DNA of 64,000 nucleotides from Trueperaceae bacterium. Lineage in GTDB: Bacteria > Deinococcota > Deinococci > Deinococcales > Trueperaceae. Made by a program: the position numbers and the translations under genes. The stretch spans positions 3,488,001 to 3,552,000 of the forward strand of contig OZ243927.1 in the NCBI GenBank assembly GCA_965213925.1, given 5' to 3'. Every line of letters starts with the position of its first letter. Within the stretch, counting starts at the first letter, position 1. Below, piece after piece: positions 34,038-44,150 of the stretch. A model generated the notes under the pieces. That model worked only from the letters and a program-made list of their open reading frames with translations. It was not told the DNA's origin and ran no database searches.

Positions 34038-34979
34038 CTAGCGCAGCGGCACGCTAAAACCGAACTCGTTTCCCTTCTCCAGCGCTTTGCCCCACGCCTG
34101 CCCACCCCAGCGCTGCGCAATCGAGCGGACGATGTAGAGCCCTAAGCCGGTGCCTCTGGCTTTCGCGGAGCCCCTCGAGTGCGGCTCAAAGAGCGTCTCG
34201 GTGGTTTCGGGTGCGAGCGGCGTGCCCTCGTCGCGCACGCTCACGCGCACGGCGTCGTCCCGCTGCGCCGCGCTCAAATAGATGACCGCGTCGTCGGGAC
34301 CGTGAATAGCCGCGTTCTCCAAGAGGTTAATCAGCACCTGCAAAAGTTTATCCGAATCCGCCAAAACGGTGAACGCGGGCACCTCAAGCTCGACCTTCAC
34401 GCGGTGCTCCTTAAAGGTGTCGCGCAGCAGAGAAAGCGCCTTGATGGTGACCTCGTAGAGGTTCAAGGAGCGCAGTTTGGGCGGCTTGACGTCCACGGTG
34501 AGGTCGTTGAGGAGCCGCACCAGCCGCTCGGTCTCGCCCTCGGCGCGTTCTAAAAAGCGCGTGCGCTGCGCGCCCTCCATCTCGAAGTGGAGCGCCTCTA
34601 AAGTCGAGCGGATCGTGGTGACGGGCGTGCGCAGCTCGTGAGACAAAACGGCCAGGAGTTCGCGGGCATTCTCCTGGGCGCGGCGCATCTTAGAGAGGTC
34701 GTGAAGGGTCAACACGCCAGGGGTTGCCTTAGCGTGCAGCACGCGCCCGCGCGTCGTGAGTTCTAACTCGCCCTGCTCCAAAAAGACGCGCTCGAGCCGG
34801 TGGTCTCTCACCACGCCGATGAGAGGCAAGCCCAGCGCGTAGTCCGGTGTGACCTCCAAAAACGTTGTCGCCGCTCGGTTGAGGTGGCGCACTCGCCCCG
34901 CTTCGATGAATAAAACCCCTTCGGCGAGGCTGTCGAGCCAGTCTGTCCGAAGGGACGTAGCAGAAGGGACCGGGCTCAG
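34038..34979 (-). CDS. phoR: Sensor histidine kinase, PhoR-like, no TM segments
   Basis: SHELRTP, NLLENA and GTGLGL motifs. The frame is open upstream of 34892 through a CTG at 34979 that overlaps the phoB stop. Confidence 0.8.
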   Translation of the reverse strand: MSPVPSATSLRTDWLDSLAEGVLFIEAGRVRHLNRAATTFLEVTPDYALGLPLIGVVRDHRLERVFLEQGELELTTRGRVLHAKATPGVLTLHDLSKMRRAQENARELLAVLSHELRTPVTTIRSTLEALHFEMEGAQRTRFLERAEGETERLVRLLNDLTVDVKPPKLRSLNLYEVTIKALSLLRDTFKEHRVKVELEVPAFTVLADSDKLLQVLINLLENAAIHGPDDAVIYLSAAQRDDAVRVSVRDEGTPLAPETTETLFEPHSRGSAKARGTGLGLYIVRSIAQRWGGQAWGKALEKGNEFGFSVPLR

Positions 34980-35641
34980 GACGACCCCGCCAAGCGGTAG
35001 CCGCGCCCGCGCACCGTCTCGATGAGGTCCGCGCCGACGAGCGAGCGGAGCTGCGCGACGTGCTGGTCGACGGTGCGCTCGGTGCCCAGAAAATCTTCAC
35101 CCCAGACGCGGTCCAAAAGTTCGGTGCGCGAGAAGACCCGCCCCGGATGCGCGCTCAAAAAGGCGATGAGTTCAAATTCGCGCCGCGTCAGCTCCAAGCG
35201 CTCACCGCCGTAGTGGACGGTGCCTTGGCGCTCGTCCACCTCCAAGCTGCCGACCTGGTGCTTGCGGTTGGGCTCGGTGCGGCGCAAGAGTGCCCGCAGC
35301 CGCGCCACGAGTTCGGCCGCCGAGAAGGGCTTGGCGAGGTAGTCGTCCGCGCCCGCGTTCAGCCCCGCGACCTTGTCCGCTTCGCTCGCTCTAGCGGTCA
35401 ACATCAGGACGGGGAGATGTTTGCCCTGGGCGCTCGAGCGCAGCCGCTGCAACCAGGTCACACCGGCTTCGTCGGGCAACATCCAGTCGAGCACCACCAA
35501 GTCGGCTCGACCAAGCTGCTCCCACGCCGCCCCCGCCGTCGCCGCCTCGGAGACCTTGAAGCCCGCCTGCGCGAGATGAAAAGCGAGCAGCTCACGCACC
35601 GCGTCCTCGTCCTCGACTAAGAGAATTTGAGCGCCCGTCAC
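34976..35641 (-). CDS. phoB: OmpR/PhoB-family response regulator
   Basis: VEDE, LDWMLP, GADDY.AKPF and RTVDQHV motifs. Divergent from phoU. Confidence 0.85.
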   Translation of the reverse strand: MTGAQILLVEDEDAVRELLAFHLAQAGFKVSEAATAGAAWEQLGRADLVVLDWMLPDEAGVTWLQRLRSSAQGKHLPVLMLTARASEADKVAGLNAGADDYLAKPFSAAELVARLRALLRRTEPNRKHQVGSLEVDERQGTVHYGGERLELTRREFELIAFLSAHPGRVFSRTELLDRVWGEDFLGTERTVDQHVAQLRSLVGADLIETVRGRGYRLAGSS

Positions 35642-35934
35642 CTTGTCACACGCCTCGACCGCAACATAAGGTTTATTCTAACGTCAGCCGCGCCACCCTT
35701 AGGTCAGGAGAGCGTCAGGTCGAGGGAACGGCTCGTGGCCGCGTTCTATTTTGCCGGTAGCTACCGCCGACGTTGACGGACGACCATTCTTGGTGGAATT
35801 CTTCCGATCATCCTAGTGGCGTCGGAGGCGGAGACTATCGCGCCCTCGACACCTCTACGCTCTCGCCCTACGCTTTTCTGTCAATCGCAACTCGGTTCGT
35901 ATAGAGAGAATAGCCCCCTTCGGAACGGGCGTCT

Positions 35935-35961
35935 TGACACGAGTATGACACCGCGCTGACA
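35935..35961 (+). promoter_or_regulatory. Putative Pho box (three TGACA repeats, 11-bp period)
   Basis: TGACA at 35935, 35946 and 35957, upstream of the phoU -10 CATACT. Confidence 0.7.
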
Positions 35962-35977
35962 TAGCGGCGTCATACTC

Positions 35978-36640
<663 letters not shown>

Positions 36641-36670
36641 CGCTAGCGAGTAAGTTCAACTAAGCACACC

Positions 36671-36816
36671 GTCAACTAAGTTTTGTGACATAAATGTCAC
36701 CCTGAGCGAATGCGAAGGGTCTCTCTTGAGACATGCTGCGGGCTGGAATAGCGAGAACGAGATTCTTCACTCCACTTCGTTCCGTTCAGAATGACATAAC
36801 TCATTTTTTAGTTGAC
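36671..36816. mobile_element. MITE/REP-like element, copy 2
   Basis: Perfect terminal IR GTCAACTAA/TTAGTTGAC, with inner hairpins as in copy 1. Confidence 0.78.
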
Positions 36817-36972
36817 GCTATACTAAGTGGGTCTTTGGAGTGAAGTAGGACTGAGGTCAAAGGACTGAGGACTGAGTAAGTCAGCTTATACTCAGTCCTT
36901 TTCTCTTTTCCCTCGCCTCTCTGTCGTCCCCTTAGCCCTCAACCTGTAGTGGAGCCGCTACCATAAGCTCTT

Positions 36973-38319
36973 ATGGCGCTTCCCCCTCTCAACGATACGA
37001 TCTCCGCGATTGCCACCGCGCCAGGCGTCGGCGCAGTCGGCATCGTGCGGCTTTCGGGACCGGACAGCTACCGGATCGCGGCTGACCTCTTCCGACCCAA
37101 AGGGAATAAGCGTGTCTGCGATTTGGAGGCAGGGCGTGTAGTTTACGGGCAAGTGCGAGACGAGGGTGAGCTAGTAGACGAATCGCTCCTCTTGACCTTT
37201 CGTGCGCCGCACTCGTATACAGGACAAGACGTTATAGAACTGCAGACCCACGGCGGACCCGCCGTCTTACGCGCCGTTTTGGACCTCTGCGCGGCGCGCG
37301 GCGCACGCCTCGCTCAGCCGGGCGAATTCACCTTGCGCGCCTATTTGAACGGACGGCTCGACCTCGTGCAAGCCGAGGCGGTCTTAGACCTCGTCAACGC
37401 ACAATCTGACAGTGCGAGGCGCAGCGCGGCGCTAGGGCTCAGCAAGGCGCTCAGCGAACAGTTGGGGCTCATCCAGAGCGACATCACGCAGGTGTACGGC
37501 AACATTCAGGCAGTTTTTGACTACCCCGAAGAGGGCGTGCCGGAGTCGGCGTTTGCGGAGCCTCTTGAACGGGCCGTCACACGCATCGACAAACTTCTAG
37601 CCACGGCAAAAGCAGGAGCGATTTCGCAGCGCGGCGCGAAGCTCGCGCTTATCGGCAGACCGAACGCGGGCAAGTCGAGCCTCTTGAATGCACTTTTGGG
37701 CTATCAGCGTTCCATCGTCAGCGATATGCCGGGGACGACGCGGGACTACCTCGAGGCTCCTTTAACCATCGGCGGCGTACCCGTCACCGCCATCGACACC
37801 GCCGGAATTCGCCGCACGGACGACCTCATCGAAGCGTCGGGCGTGGAGGCGGCCAAGGACATTGCTCTAAACGCCGATCTCAGCTTGCTCCTACTCGACT
37901 CGAGTGAACCGCTGACAGCTGAGGATAGAGAATTGGTGGCGGAGTTGGAACCCGCGCGCACGCTTATCGTCTCGAGTAAAACTGACTTGCCTCGCGCTTG
38001 GAATGAGGCGAGTTTAGGCGCGTCTCACTTTCTAGTGTCCGCCATGACGGGCGAAGGCTTGGAGGCGCTTAAAGAAGCCGTCCAGGACGCGCTCATCGGC
38101 GACGCCGGGAGCAGCGAACTGTGGCTCACGAGCGAGCGGCACGCGCAAGCTTTATCGGAGACGAAAGACCTCTTGGAACGCGCCAAGGCTGCGCCGGACG
38201 ACCTCGCCTCGCTCGACTTGGAGGACGCCTTGCGCACGCTCGCGGCGATTACCGGACGCGGCGAGATTGCCGAGGAGACCTTAGAGCATATTTTTAGGAA
38301 TTTTTGTGTGGGGAAGTGA
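36973..38319 (+). CDS. mnmE: tRNA modification GTPase MnmE
   Basis: DTISAIAT, GRPNAGKSS, GTTRD, DTAG and FCVGK motifs. Confidence 0.98.
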   Translation: MALPPLNDTISAIATAPGVGAVGIVRLSGPDSYRIAADLFRPKGNKRVCDLEAGRVVYGQVRDEGELVDESLLLTFRAPHSYTGQDVIELQTHGGPAVLRAVLDLCAARGARLAQPGEFTLRAYLNGRLDLVQAEAVLDLVNAQSDSARRSAALGLSKALSEQLGLIQSDITQVYGNIQAVFDYPEEGVPESAFAEPLERAVTRIDKLLATAKAGAISQRGAKLALIGRPNAGKSSLLNALLGYQRSIVSDMPGTTRDYLEAPLTIGGVPVTAIDTAGIRRTDDLIEASGVEAAKDIALNADLSLLLLDSSEPLTAEDRELVAELEPARTLIVSSKTDLPRAWNEASLGASHFLVSAMTGEGLEALKEAVQDALIGDAGSSELWLTSERHAQALSETKDLLERAKAAPDDLASLDLEDALRTLAAITGRGEIAEETLEHIFRNFCVGK

Positions 38320-38356
38320 AAGATGAGCAATGAGTCAAAAGTCAAAATTTTCTGGG

Positions 38357-39334
38357 CTAAGTCGGCGCTTTCTCTAACTCGAGGCGAAGGTGCTGCATGA
38401 CCTCTCGCAAGCTCTCCATACCGACGACATCGTGCTCTAAGAGCGGTAATCTAACTTGAGTTAAGTCGCCCAAGCTCTCCTCGATTTCGGCTAGGTAGAC
38501 CTCTTCTTGGGTTTTTCTCGAGCGCCAAAAGGGATGCTCGGACAATTCGGTGGGCAACACGCGGTTCACGATCAAGCCGCCGACTGGAATCTCGTGGCGG
38601 CGGAGCGTCTTTACCGCCTTCTGCGTCTCTAAAATGGGCAGCTTCTCCGCCGTTAGGACGAATATGAACGCGGTGCGCCCCGGCTCCAAGAGCACGCGGC
38701 GCATCCGTATGAACTTGCGGCGGCGTTCCTCCAAAACCTGCTCGATCGGGTCACGCTCCTCGTCGGGCGTACCCCCCGCGACGTTGCGCCACATCCGCGA
38801 CATCTGGTTGACCTGTTTACGCCGCAGAATCATCCCGTCGATCCAGGCTTCCATCAGCTCGGGGAGGCTTAAAAGGCGCAGGGTATGACCCGTCGGCGCG
38901 GTATCGAAGACGATGAGATCGTACTGGCTGCGGAGGTCTTGCATCAGGGCGGCGATGCGGTCAAAGAGGGCGGCTTCCTCTGCGCCAGGCGAGACCCGCG
39001 CCATCTCGACTTGCCGCTCGACCTCTTCTCTCAAGGAGGGTTTCACGACCCGCCGCAAGTGGTCACGCACGCCTGAGATGTACGCCTCGGCTTCCTCTTC
39101 AGCGTCAATCTCTAACGCCCACAAAAACTCGCTAAGCCGCTGCGGTTGACTATCCAACTGCCGCTGCAAGATATCCGAGGTCGAGTGCGCCGGGTCGGTC
39201 GAGACCATGAGGGTGCGCTTGCCCATCTCAGACGCTAAGAGGGCAAAGGCAGTGGCGCAGGTAGTTTTGCCGACGCCGCCCTTGCCGCCGAAGAAGAGGA
39301 CGTCACGCTCTAGCCAGGAACGAGAGTCCGTCAT
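38357..39334 (-). CDS. ArsA/GET3-family ATPase
   Basis: GKGGVGKTT, STDPAH and DTAPTGHT motifs. Own ATG at 39334, but in frame with the upstream domain. Confidence 0.93.
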   Translation of the reverse strand: MTDSRSWLERDVLFFGGKGGVGKTTCATAFALLASEMGKRTLMVSTDPAHSTSDILQRQLDSQPQRLSEFLWALEIDAEEEAEAYISGVRDHLRRVVKPSLREEVERQVEMARVSPGAEEAALFDRIAALMQDLRSQYDLIVFDTAPTGHTLRLLSLPELMEAWIDGMILRRKQVNQMSRMWRNVAGGTPDEERDPIEQVLEERRRKFIRMRRVLLEPGRTAFIFVLTAEKLPILETQKAVKTLRRHEIPVGGLIVNRVLPTELSEHPFWRSRKTQEEVYLAEIEESLGDLTQVRLPLLEHDVVGMESLREVMQHLRLELEKAPT

Positions 39335-39715
39335 CAAAGGAGTTTCTTCCCTGTATCCAGGAGCTTTAGCGAGAAGCAAGTTATAGATTTTCGTGACTTC
39401 AGCGTGTGCGACAATACGATTACCTTCTTGAATTGAGATGACTTTGCCGACCCATAAGCATTCAGGATAGTGTTCTGGCGAGATGAATTTGACGTTAGCT
39501 CGAGCAGAACCGCCCGGAGAGACGCTTTCGCAGTCTATGTATTCGTGAACGCCTGTAGTTAAAAGATTTTCTTCAACTAAATGGTGAGGTCGGTAGCCGG
39601 AGAGTACGGGCTTCGTTCGACTCCCTCGTTCAGTCGGTAAGAACGTTACGAGCGCTTCAATATCAGATGAGTTCGCCGTAAAATCCAATCTACCTACTTT
39701 CCGTAGCCTATCCAA
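39335..39715 (-). CDS. EF-Tu C-terminal-like small domain, in frame with arsA
   Basis: FLPTERGSRTKPVLSGYRPH...VSPG...IQEGNRIVAHAEV resembles EF-Tu domain III. AT-richer than arsA. Confidence 0.65.
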
Positions 39716-39724
39716 ACCGCAGCG

Positions 39725-40033
39725 CTACTGATCCCTAAAGCGATTCTCTATATCTCGCCGCCCGTCCAGTACGCTTTCAATAAGCACTACATTTTCAGGT
39801 TCACTGTAACTGTACAAGATGACGTACTGGTCATGCACTAAAGCGCGTAGACCTGGTTGCCACGCCTCTCGAGATACACCCATTAGCGGAAACAGCCTGA
39901 GGTGCTCAACCGCCTCGCGTAACTTTGTTAAAAGGCGGCGAGCGTAGGTCGGATTCTCGCGTTCAAACGCGAAGTAGAAGTGCAGCGCGTCGAGGTCAGT
40001 TATTGCCGCTTCGCTATACTGAATCTCGGTCAC
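39725..40033 (-). CDS. ParE/RelE-family toxin
   Basis: YSEAAITDL...FPLMG...GLR...YVILY...VLDGRRD pattern. Confidence 0.88.
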   Translation of the reverse strand: MTEIQYSEAAITDLDALHFYFAFERENPTYARRLLTKLREAVEHLRLFPLMGVSREAWQPGLRALVHDQYVILYSYSEPENVVLIESVLDGRRDIENRFRDQ

Positions 40034-40332
40034 TAAGCCGTTTTATCTTGTTTAGCCTTGTAGCGCTCCTCGCTGCGCCGCATGACCTCTTCATACAGCT
40101 TGTGATGGTTCTCTGGCGTGACCGTGCGAATACGCCCTTCCTCTTTTGCCGCCTGAGACCGCGCTAACGCTACTTTCACACGTTTGACGAAGGCTTCATC
40201 CTCAAAGATGTCTTGCTCAGTGAGCGTGCGGCTGAGCGAGTACTGAATCAAGTGATCGGCTGAATCAAAGTTTCCGCTGGCTAGCGCTCTCTCGAGCATG
40301 TCCTTCGTTTCTTTACTCAGTTCTATGGTCAT
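40033..40332 (-). CDS. ParD-like antitoxin
   Basis: MTIELS...LASGNFDSA RHH-like pattern. Overlaps the toxin start. Confidence 0.75.
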   Translation of the reverse strand: MTIELSKETKDMLERALASGNFDSADHLIQYSLSRTLTEQDIFEDEAFVKRVKVALARSQAAKEEGRIRTVTPENHHKLYEEVMRRSEERYKAKQDKTA

Positions 40333-40382
40333 GCTCTAAGGATAGTCCTCCTATGTTCTCCAGGTCAACGAATCCACACAAA

Positions 40383-40461
40383 CTAACAGCACTTAAACTC
40401 GTCCAGCAGCGATGCCGTCGAAGAGGACGTCGCGCTCTAGCCAAGAAGTAGGTCGCGTCAT
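40383..40461 (-). repeat. Duplicated junction fragments: arsA 5' end and CC* gene 3' end
   Basis: 40420-40461 encodes MTRPTSWLERDVLF (cf. arsA MTDSRSWLERDVLF). 40383-40412 encodes SLLDEFKCC* (cf. SPLDGFKCC*). Confidence 0.85.
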
Positions 40462-41376
40462 TTAGAGCGCTAAGGCGTAGCCGAGTTCGTGTTCGTCGAG
40501 CGTAAATCCCAAGCTTTCGTAAGCTGCGAGCGCCGTGTCTAACTCACCCCACGACTCCAGCACCACCCGCCGCCGATCTCTTCCGTAGAGCCAACCTAGA
40601 GCCTCGAGCAAGAGATTTCGGTGGTTGACTTCGCTGCGGTACTCCGGCGCGATGCCTGGCGCGTCAACTTCACCTGTGAGCGTATCGTCGCCGCTGACTT
40701 TGGGTTCGTTGGCTTTACAAATACCGACGACCTCTTCACCTGAAAATAGGAGGAAGATACCCTCCGGCGGGTACATATCTAACGCCGCAGCCGTTGTTTC
40801 CTCCGTAGGGGTTGTGTGTCCCCACAAGTCACTCCATCCCTTGCGACTCGCCTCGGTATAGACGCGAGGTTGATTCACTTGCGCGTAGGTCAGAACGTTC
40901 AACGCTGTCCATTCTGGCTGCTCGGGTGTCTCTACAAGGTTTACGCTCATTTTGCGATAACCGCTGACAGAAACGAAACCGTTTTTCGCAAAGAACGCTC
41001 GAGCTTTGTCATCGTCGGGTCGCGCGTAAGCTAAAAATGACGTAGCGCCGAGACTTTTTGCTCCCTGCCGAGCACGCAATAAAAGCTGCTCGCCTACGCC
41101 TTGCCCTCGCCATTCAGGGTGAACACCTAGGGTCAGCGGAGCGTGAAACGTCGCCGGTATCTTCCAGGTGTCCGCGAAGCCGACGACACTACCTTCCGCC
41201 TCGGCGACGAAACGTTTTAGAGTGATGCCCGCCCCTTGTAGCATCTCAGCCTGTTCTCGCTGTAATGCTTCTGTGAATTCTTGGGGTTCTCCTCTACTCG
41301 CGGCAATGTTATTTAAGCAAGCTACATAAGAGGTCAAGTCCTGCTCGAAATCGAAAGGGCGAAAGGTTAGCGCCAT
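40462..41376 (-). CDS. Tandem-domain GNAT acetyltransferase
   Basis: VHPEWRGQGVG and a second GIAPEYR...YESLGF motif. Confidence 0.88.
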   Translation of the reverse strand: MALTFRPFDFEQDLTSYVACLNNIAASRGEPQEFTEALQREQAEMLQGAGITLKRFVAEAEGSVVGFADTWKIPATFHAPLTLGVHPEWRGQGVGEQLLLRARQGAKSLGATSFLAYARPDDDKARAFFAKNGFVSVSGYRKMSVNLVETPEQPEWTALNVLTYAQVNQPRVYTEASRKGWSDLWGHTTPTEETTAAALDMYPPEGIFLLFSGEEVVGICKANEPKVSGDDTLTGEVDAPGIAPEYRSEVNHRNLLLEALGWLYGRDRRRVVLESWGELDTALAAYESLGFTLDEHELGYALAL

Positions 41377-41397
41377 AGAAGCTACTTTAGCGTGCCA

Positions 41398-41676
41398 CTA
41401 ACAGCACTTGAACCCGTCCAGCGGCGAGTGTTCCATTCCCTGGCGCAAGTGCCACTCGTGAAAGTTCTCCAACATGTGCGGCAACAGCTCCAGCGTGTAG
41501 TAGTTCACCGGGTTGGGAATCCCCAACATGTCCGAGCAGCAGAGCAGCAAGAAGAGGTCCTCTTGGTCGCGGGCGTCTTTCGCCATGCTGCGGCGATACG
41601 GCGCGAAGAAGAGTTCGTCGTAGAAGTCGCTGAAAGACTTCCAGTGCTCGAGTAACTTGTTCGGCTTGTCGTCCAT
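41398..41676 (-). CDS. Small Cys-Cys-terminated protein (cory-CC-star type)
   Basis: EDLFLL...LGIPNPV.YYTLELLP...FHEWH...CC-stop. Lies downstream of cstA. Confidence 0.8.
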   Translation of the reverse strand: MDDKPNKLLEHWKSFSDFYDELFFAPYRRSMAKDARDQEDLFLLLCCSDMLGIPNPVNYYTLELLPHMLENFHEWHLRQGMEHSPLDGFKCC

Positions 41677-41753
41677 CTATACTCCTCTGAAAGAAGCGGT
41701 TGGGTATTAGCAGTTAGCGTTTAGCATTTTCAGCTAACCGCTAACAGCTTCCT

Positions 41754-43466
41754 CTAATCTCCCGAGGTCGTCTGCTCGCTCGGCGTCACGCCTATAGTCG
41801 TAAGCGCCGAGAACGCCTCGAACGCCATCCACACCGCCGCGACGAGCACCATCGAGCCGAGCACGCCTAGGAGGTAGTTCGGCTCGCCCGTGAGCCCGAA
41901 CCAACCGCCCAAGCTAATCAGCATCGCGACGATCGTAACCGTAAGGATGAAGACCATCGGGATGAGCGTGGGGAGCGCGTTACGTCCCAGCTTGCGCAGA
42001 AAAATCGAGACGACGACGAGCGAGAGTGCGGCTAAGAGTTGATTGGTCGTGCCGAAGAGAGGCCATAGGACGAGTCCGCCCGTGCCGACGCCGCCGCTCG
42101 GACCTTGTGCGCCGAAGGCGAGGAGTAAGCAGCACACGACCGCGACCACCGTGGCAACGACGGGACGCTTTAACGCGCCAACGCCGTACATCTCACCGAT
42201 TTCGGAGAGCACGTAGCGTTGCAGGCGTAAACCTGTATCCATCGTGGTCGCGGCGAAGCTGATGACGACCACGGAGGCGAAGACCTCCGCTGCAGCGACG
42301 GGGATACCCAGGTTGCCAGCGAATACGCCTAGTCCTTGGACGAAGTAACTCGTGGCGTTGCCGCTAGCAGTGCTCCAATCCGTATAGAACGCGCCCGCCC
42401 ATTCGCCCTGCGTGGCGGCGATACCCGCCGTGACGCAGAGCACCGCGCCGAGCGCCAACGCGCCCTCGCCCACCGAGCCGAAGTAACCCACAAAGCGCGC
42501 GTCGGTCTCCTTTTTAAGCTGCTTCGAGGAGGTGCCCGAGGCGACGAGCCCGTGAAAGCCGGAAATCGCGCCGCAAGCGATCGTCACGAATAAAAAGGGA
42601 ATAATCCAGGGTGCGCCCGAAGGGTCAGGGTTGATTGCAGGTGCGACGACTTTAGGGTTGCCGATGAGCACGCCGAGATATAGGATAGTGAGCCCGACGA
42701 AGAGCTGGTGCGAGTTGACGTAGTCTCTAGGTTGTAAGAGGAGCCAGACCGGGAGCAGCGAGGCGACGCCCGCGTAGACGAAAAGAATGAGCACCCACGC
42801 ACCCTCGGGGGGCAAGCTTAGGGTGCTCGCGGGCAGCGAGAGCGGCACATACTGACCAAACCAGATGAGGATGTAGAGCGCGATGAGCGCCCCGATGGAG
42901 GGCCAGAAGAGCTTGCCGCCGCGCCTATAGATGATGTAGCCGACGCTCATGGCGATAGGAATCTGCAACCAAATCGGCATGACGCTGCCGGGAAAGTCTA
43001 CGAACAAACCCGCGATGACGATGGCGAAGACTGCATTGAGCATTAGGAGCAGCAAGAAGATGATGAGCATAAAGAGCGTGCGTGAACGCGGACCGATGAT
43101 CTGCTCGGTAAGTGCGCCGATCGAGCGCCCTTTATGCCGGTTCGAAATCCAGAGCGTGCCGAAGTCGTGAACGCCCGCGAAAAAGACGGTTCCAAAAATA
43201 ATCCACAGAAACGCAGGCAACCAGCCCCAGTAAACGGCAATCGCAGGACCGACGATGGGCGCAGCCCCCGCCACCGAGGTGAAGTGGTGTCCCCACAAAA
43301 CGTGTTTATTGGTCGGTACGTAGTCTACGCCGTCTTCTAACTCGTTAGCGGGCGTCTCGAAGTCCGGGTCGAGCTGATAGATGTATTTGGCGATGAAACG
43401 CGAGTAAAACTGATAAGCTAAATAAAACGCGACCAGACCGACCAGCGCCAGCACGATTGCCCTCAT
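41754..43466 (-). CDS. cstA: Carbon starvation protein A family transporter
   Basis: DGVDYVPT, GHHFTSVAGAAPIVGP, LLQPRDY, IACGAISGFH and WPLFGTTNQLLA motifs. Confidence 0.93.
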   Translation of the reverse strand: MRAIVLALVGLVAFYLAYQFYSRFIAKYIYQLDPDFETPANELEDGVDYVPTNKHVLWGHHFTSVAGAAPIVGPAIAVYWGWLPAFLWIIFGTVFFAGVHDFGTLWISNRHKGRSIGALTEQIIGPRSRTLFMLIIFLLLLMLNAVFAIVIAGLFVDFPGSVMPIWLQIPIAMSVGYIIYRRGGKLFWPSIGALIALYILIWFGQYVPLSLPASTLSLPPEGAWVLILFVYAGVASLLPVWLLLQPRDYVNSHQLFVGLTILYLGVLIGNPKVVAPAINPDPSGAPWIIPFLFVTIACGAISGFHGLVASGTSSKQLKKETDARFVGYFGSVGEGALALGAVLCVTAGIAATQGEWAGAFYTDWSTASGNATSYFVQGLGVFAGNLGIPVAAAEVFASVVVISFAATTMDTGLRLQRYVLSEIGEMYGVGALKRPVVATVVAVVCCLLLAFGAQGPSGGVGTGGLVLWPLFGTTNQLLAALSLVVVSIFLRKLGRNALPTLIPMVFILTVTIVAMLISLGGWFGLTGEPNYLLGVLGSMVLVAAVWMAFEAFSALTTIGVTPSEQTTSGD

Positions 43467-43721
43467 ACGTTTTCCCCTCTCCACCTCGTGATGCTCTTTA
43501 GCCTCGAGCCCAACCCTCAGTAACCGGGTGAGGCAACAGCAAAAACCCACGCTTCAATCTACAAATTTTCGACCCACGCCGAGATTGTATCAGAGCTTGA
43601 GATGAAGTGTGTCTATAAAGAGGTCGCCGGGGACAACGCTTAGTTTAGTCTGCGGAAATTCACTGACATTTTACTTAGCTTTTATTCGGGCTCACTCATG
43701 TGGGGCAGGGCGCAGAGTCAG

Positions 43722-44141
43722 TCAGGTAGCGGGTTTCGTGGCCAAGACTTGGGCGAACCGCAAGAGGTAGCCGTCCGGGTCCATCACCAAAAACTGCTTT
43801 TGACCGTTCAGCACGTCGCCTTGCCGGTACCAGCGCTCTTCTAAGGGAAACTTGAGAGGGTAGCTCGCTACCTCTAACCTCTCCAACAACGCTTCTACGT
43901 CAGCAACGCCAATCTCTAAGTTGATGCCGCGCCCGAGCGGATAGTTCATCTCACCCGTCTGCCAGCTCTCGCCCGCGATAAATTGATCAAGCATAAGTTG
44001 TGCTTTGCCGAGCTGCACATACGCGAAGCGCTCTTCAGGGCGCGAGAAGGCGACCTCGAAACCGAGCACGTCGGTATAGAACGTTAGGCTCTTCTCAAAA
44101 TCCATTACGTAAAGTTCGGGAACGAGCGCCGCCCACTCCAT
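43722..44141 (-). CDS. VOC/bleomycin-resistance family protein
   Basis: LVPEL.V, YPLGRGIN and DPDGYLLRF motifs. Confidence 0.9.
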   Translation of the reverse strand: MEWAALVPELYVMDFEKSLTFYTDVLGFEVAFSRPEERFAYVQLGKAQLMLDQFIAGESWQTGEMNYPLGRGINLEIGVADVEALLERLEVASYPLKFPLEERWYRQGDVLNGQKQFLVMDPDGYLLRFAQVLATKPAT

Positions 44142-44150
44142 AGGTGAGGC

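Noticed and set aside
38357..39334. Arsenic resistance locus
   Set aside because: It is a single-domain ArsA-family gene without arsB/C/R, in a cstA context.
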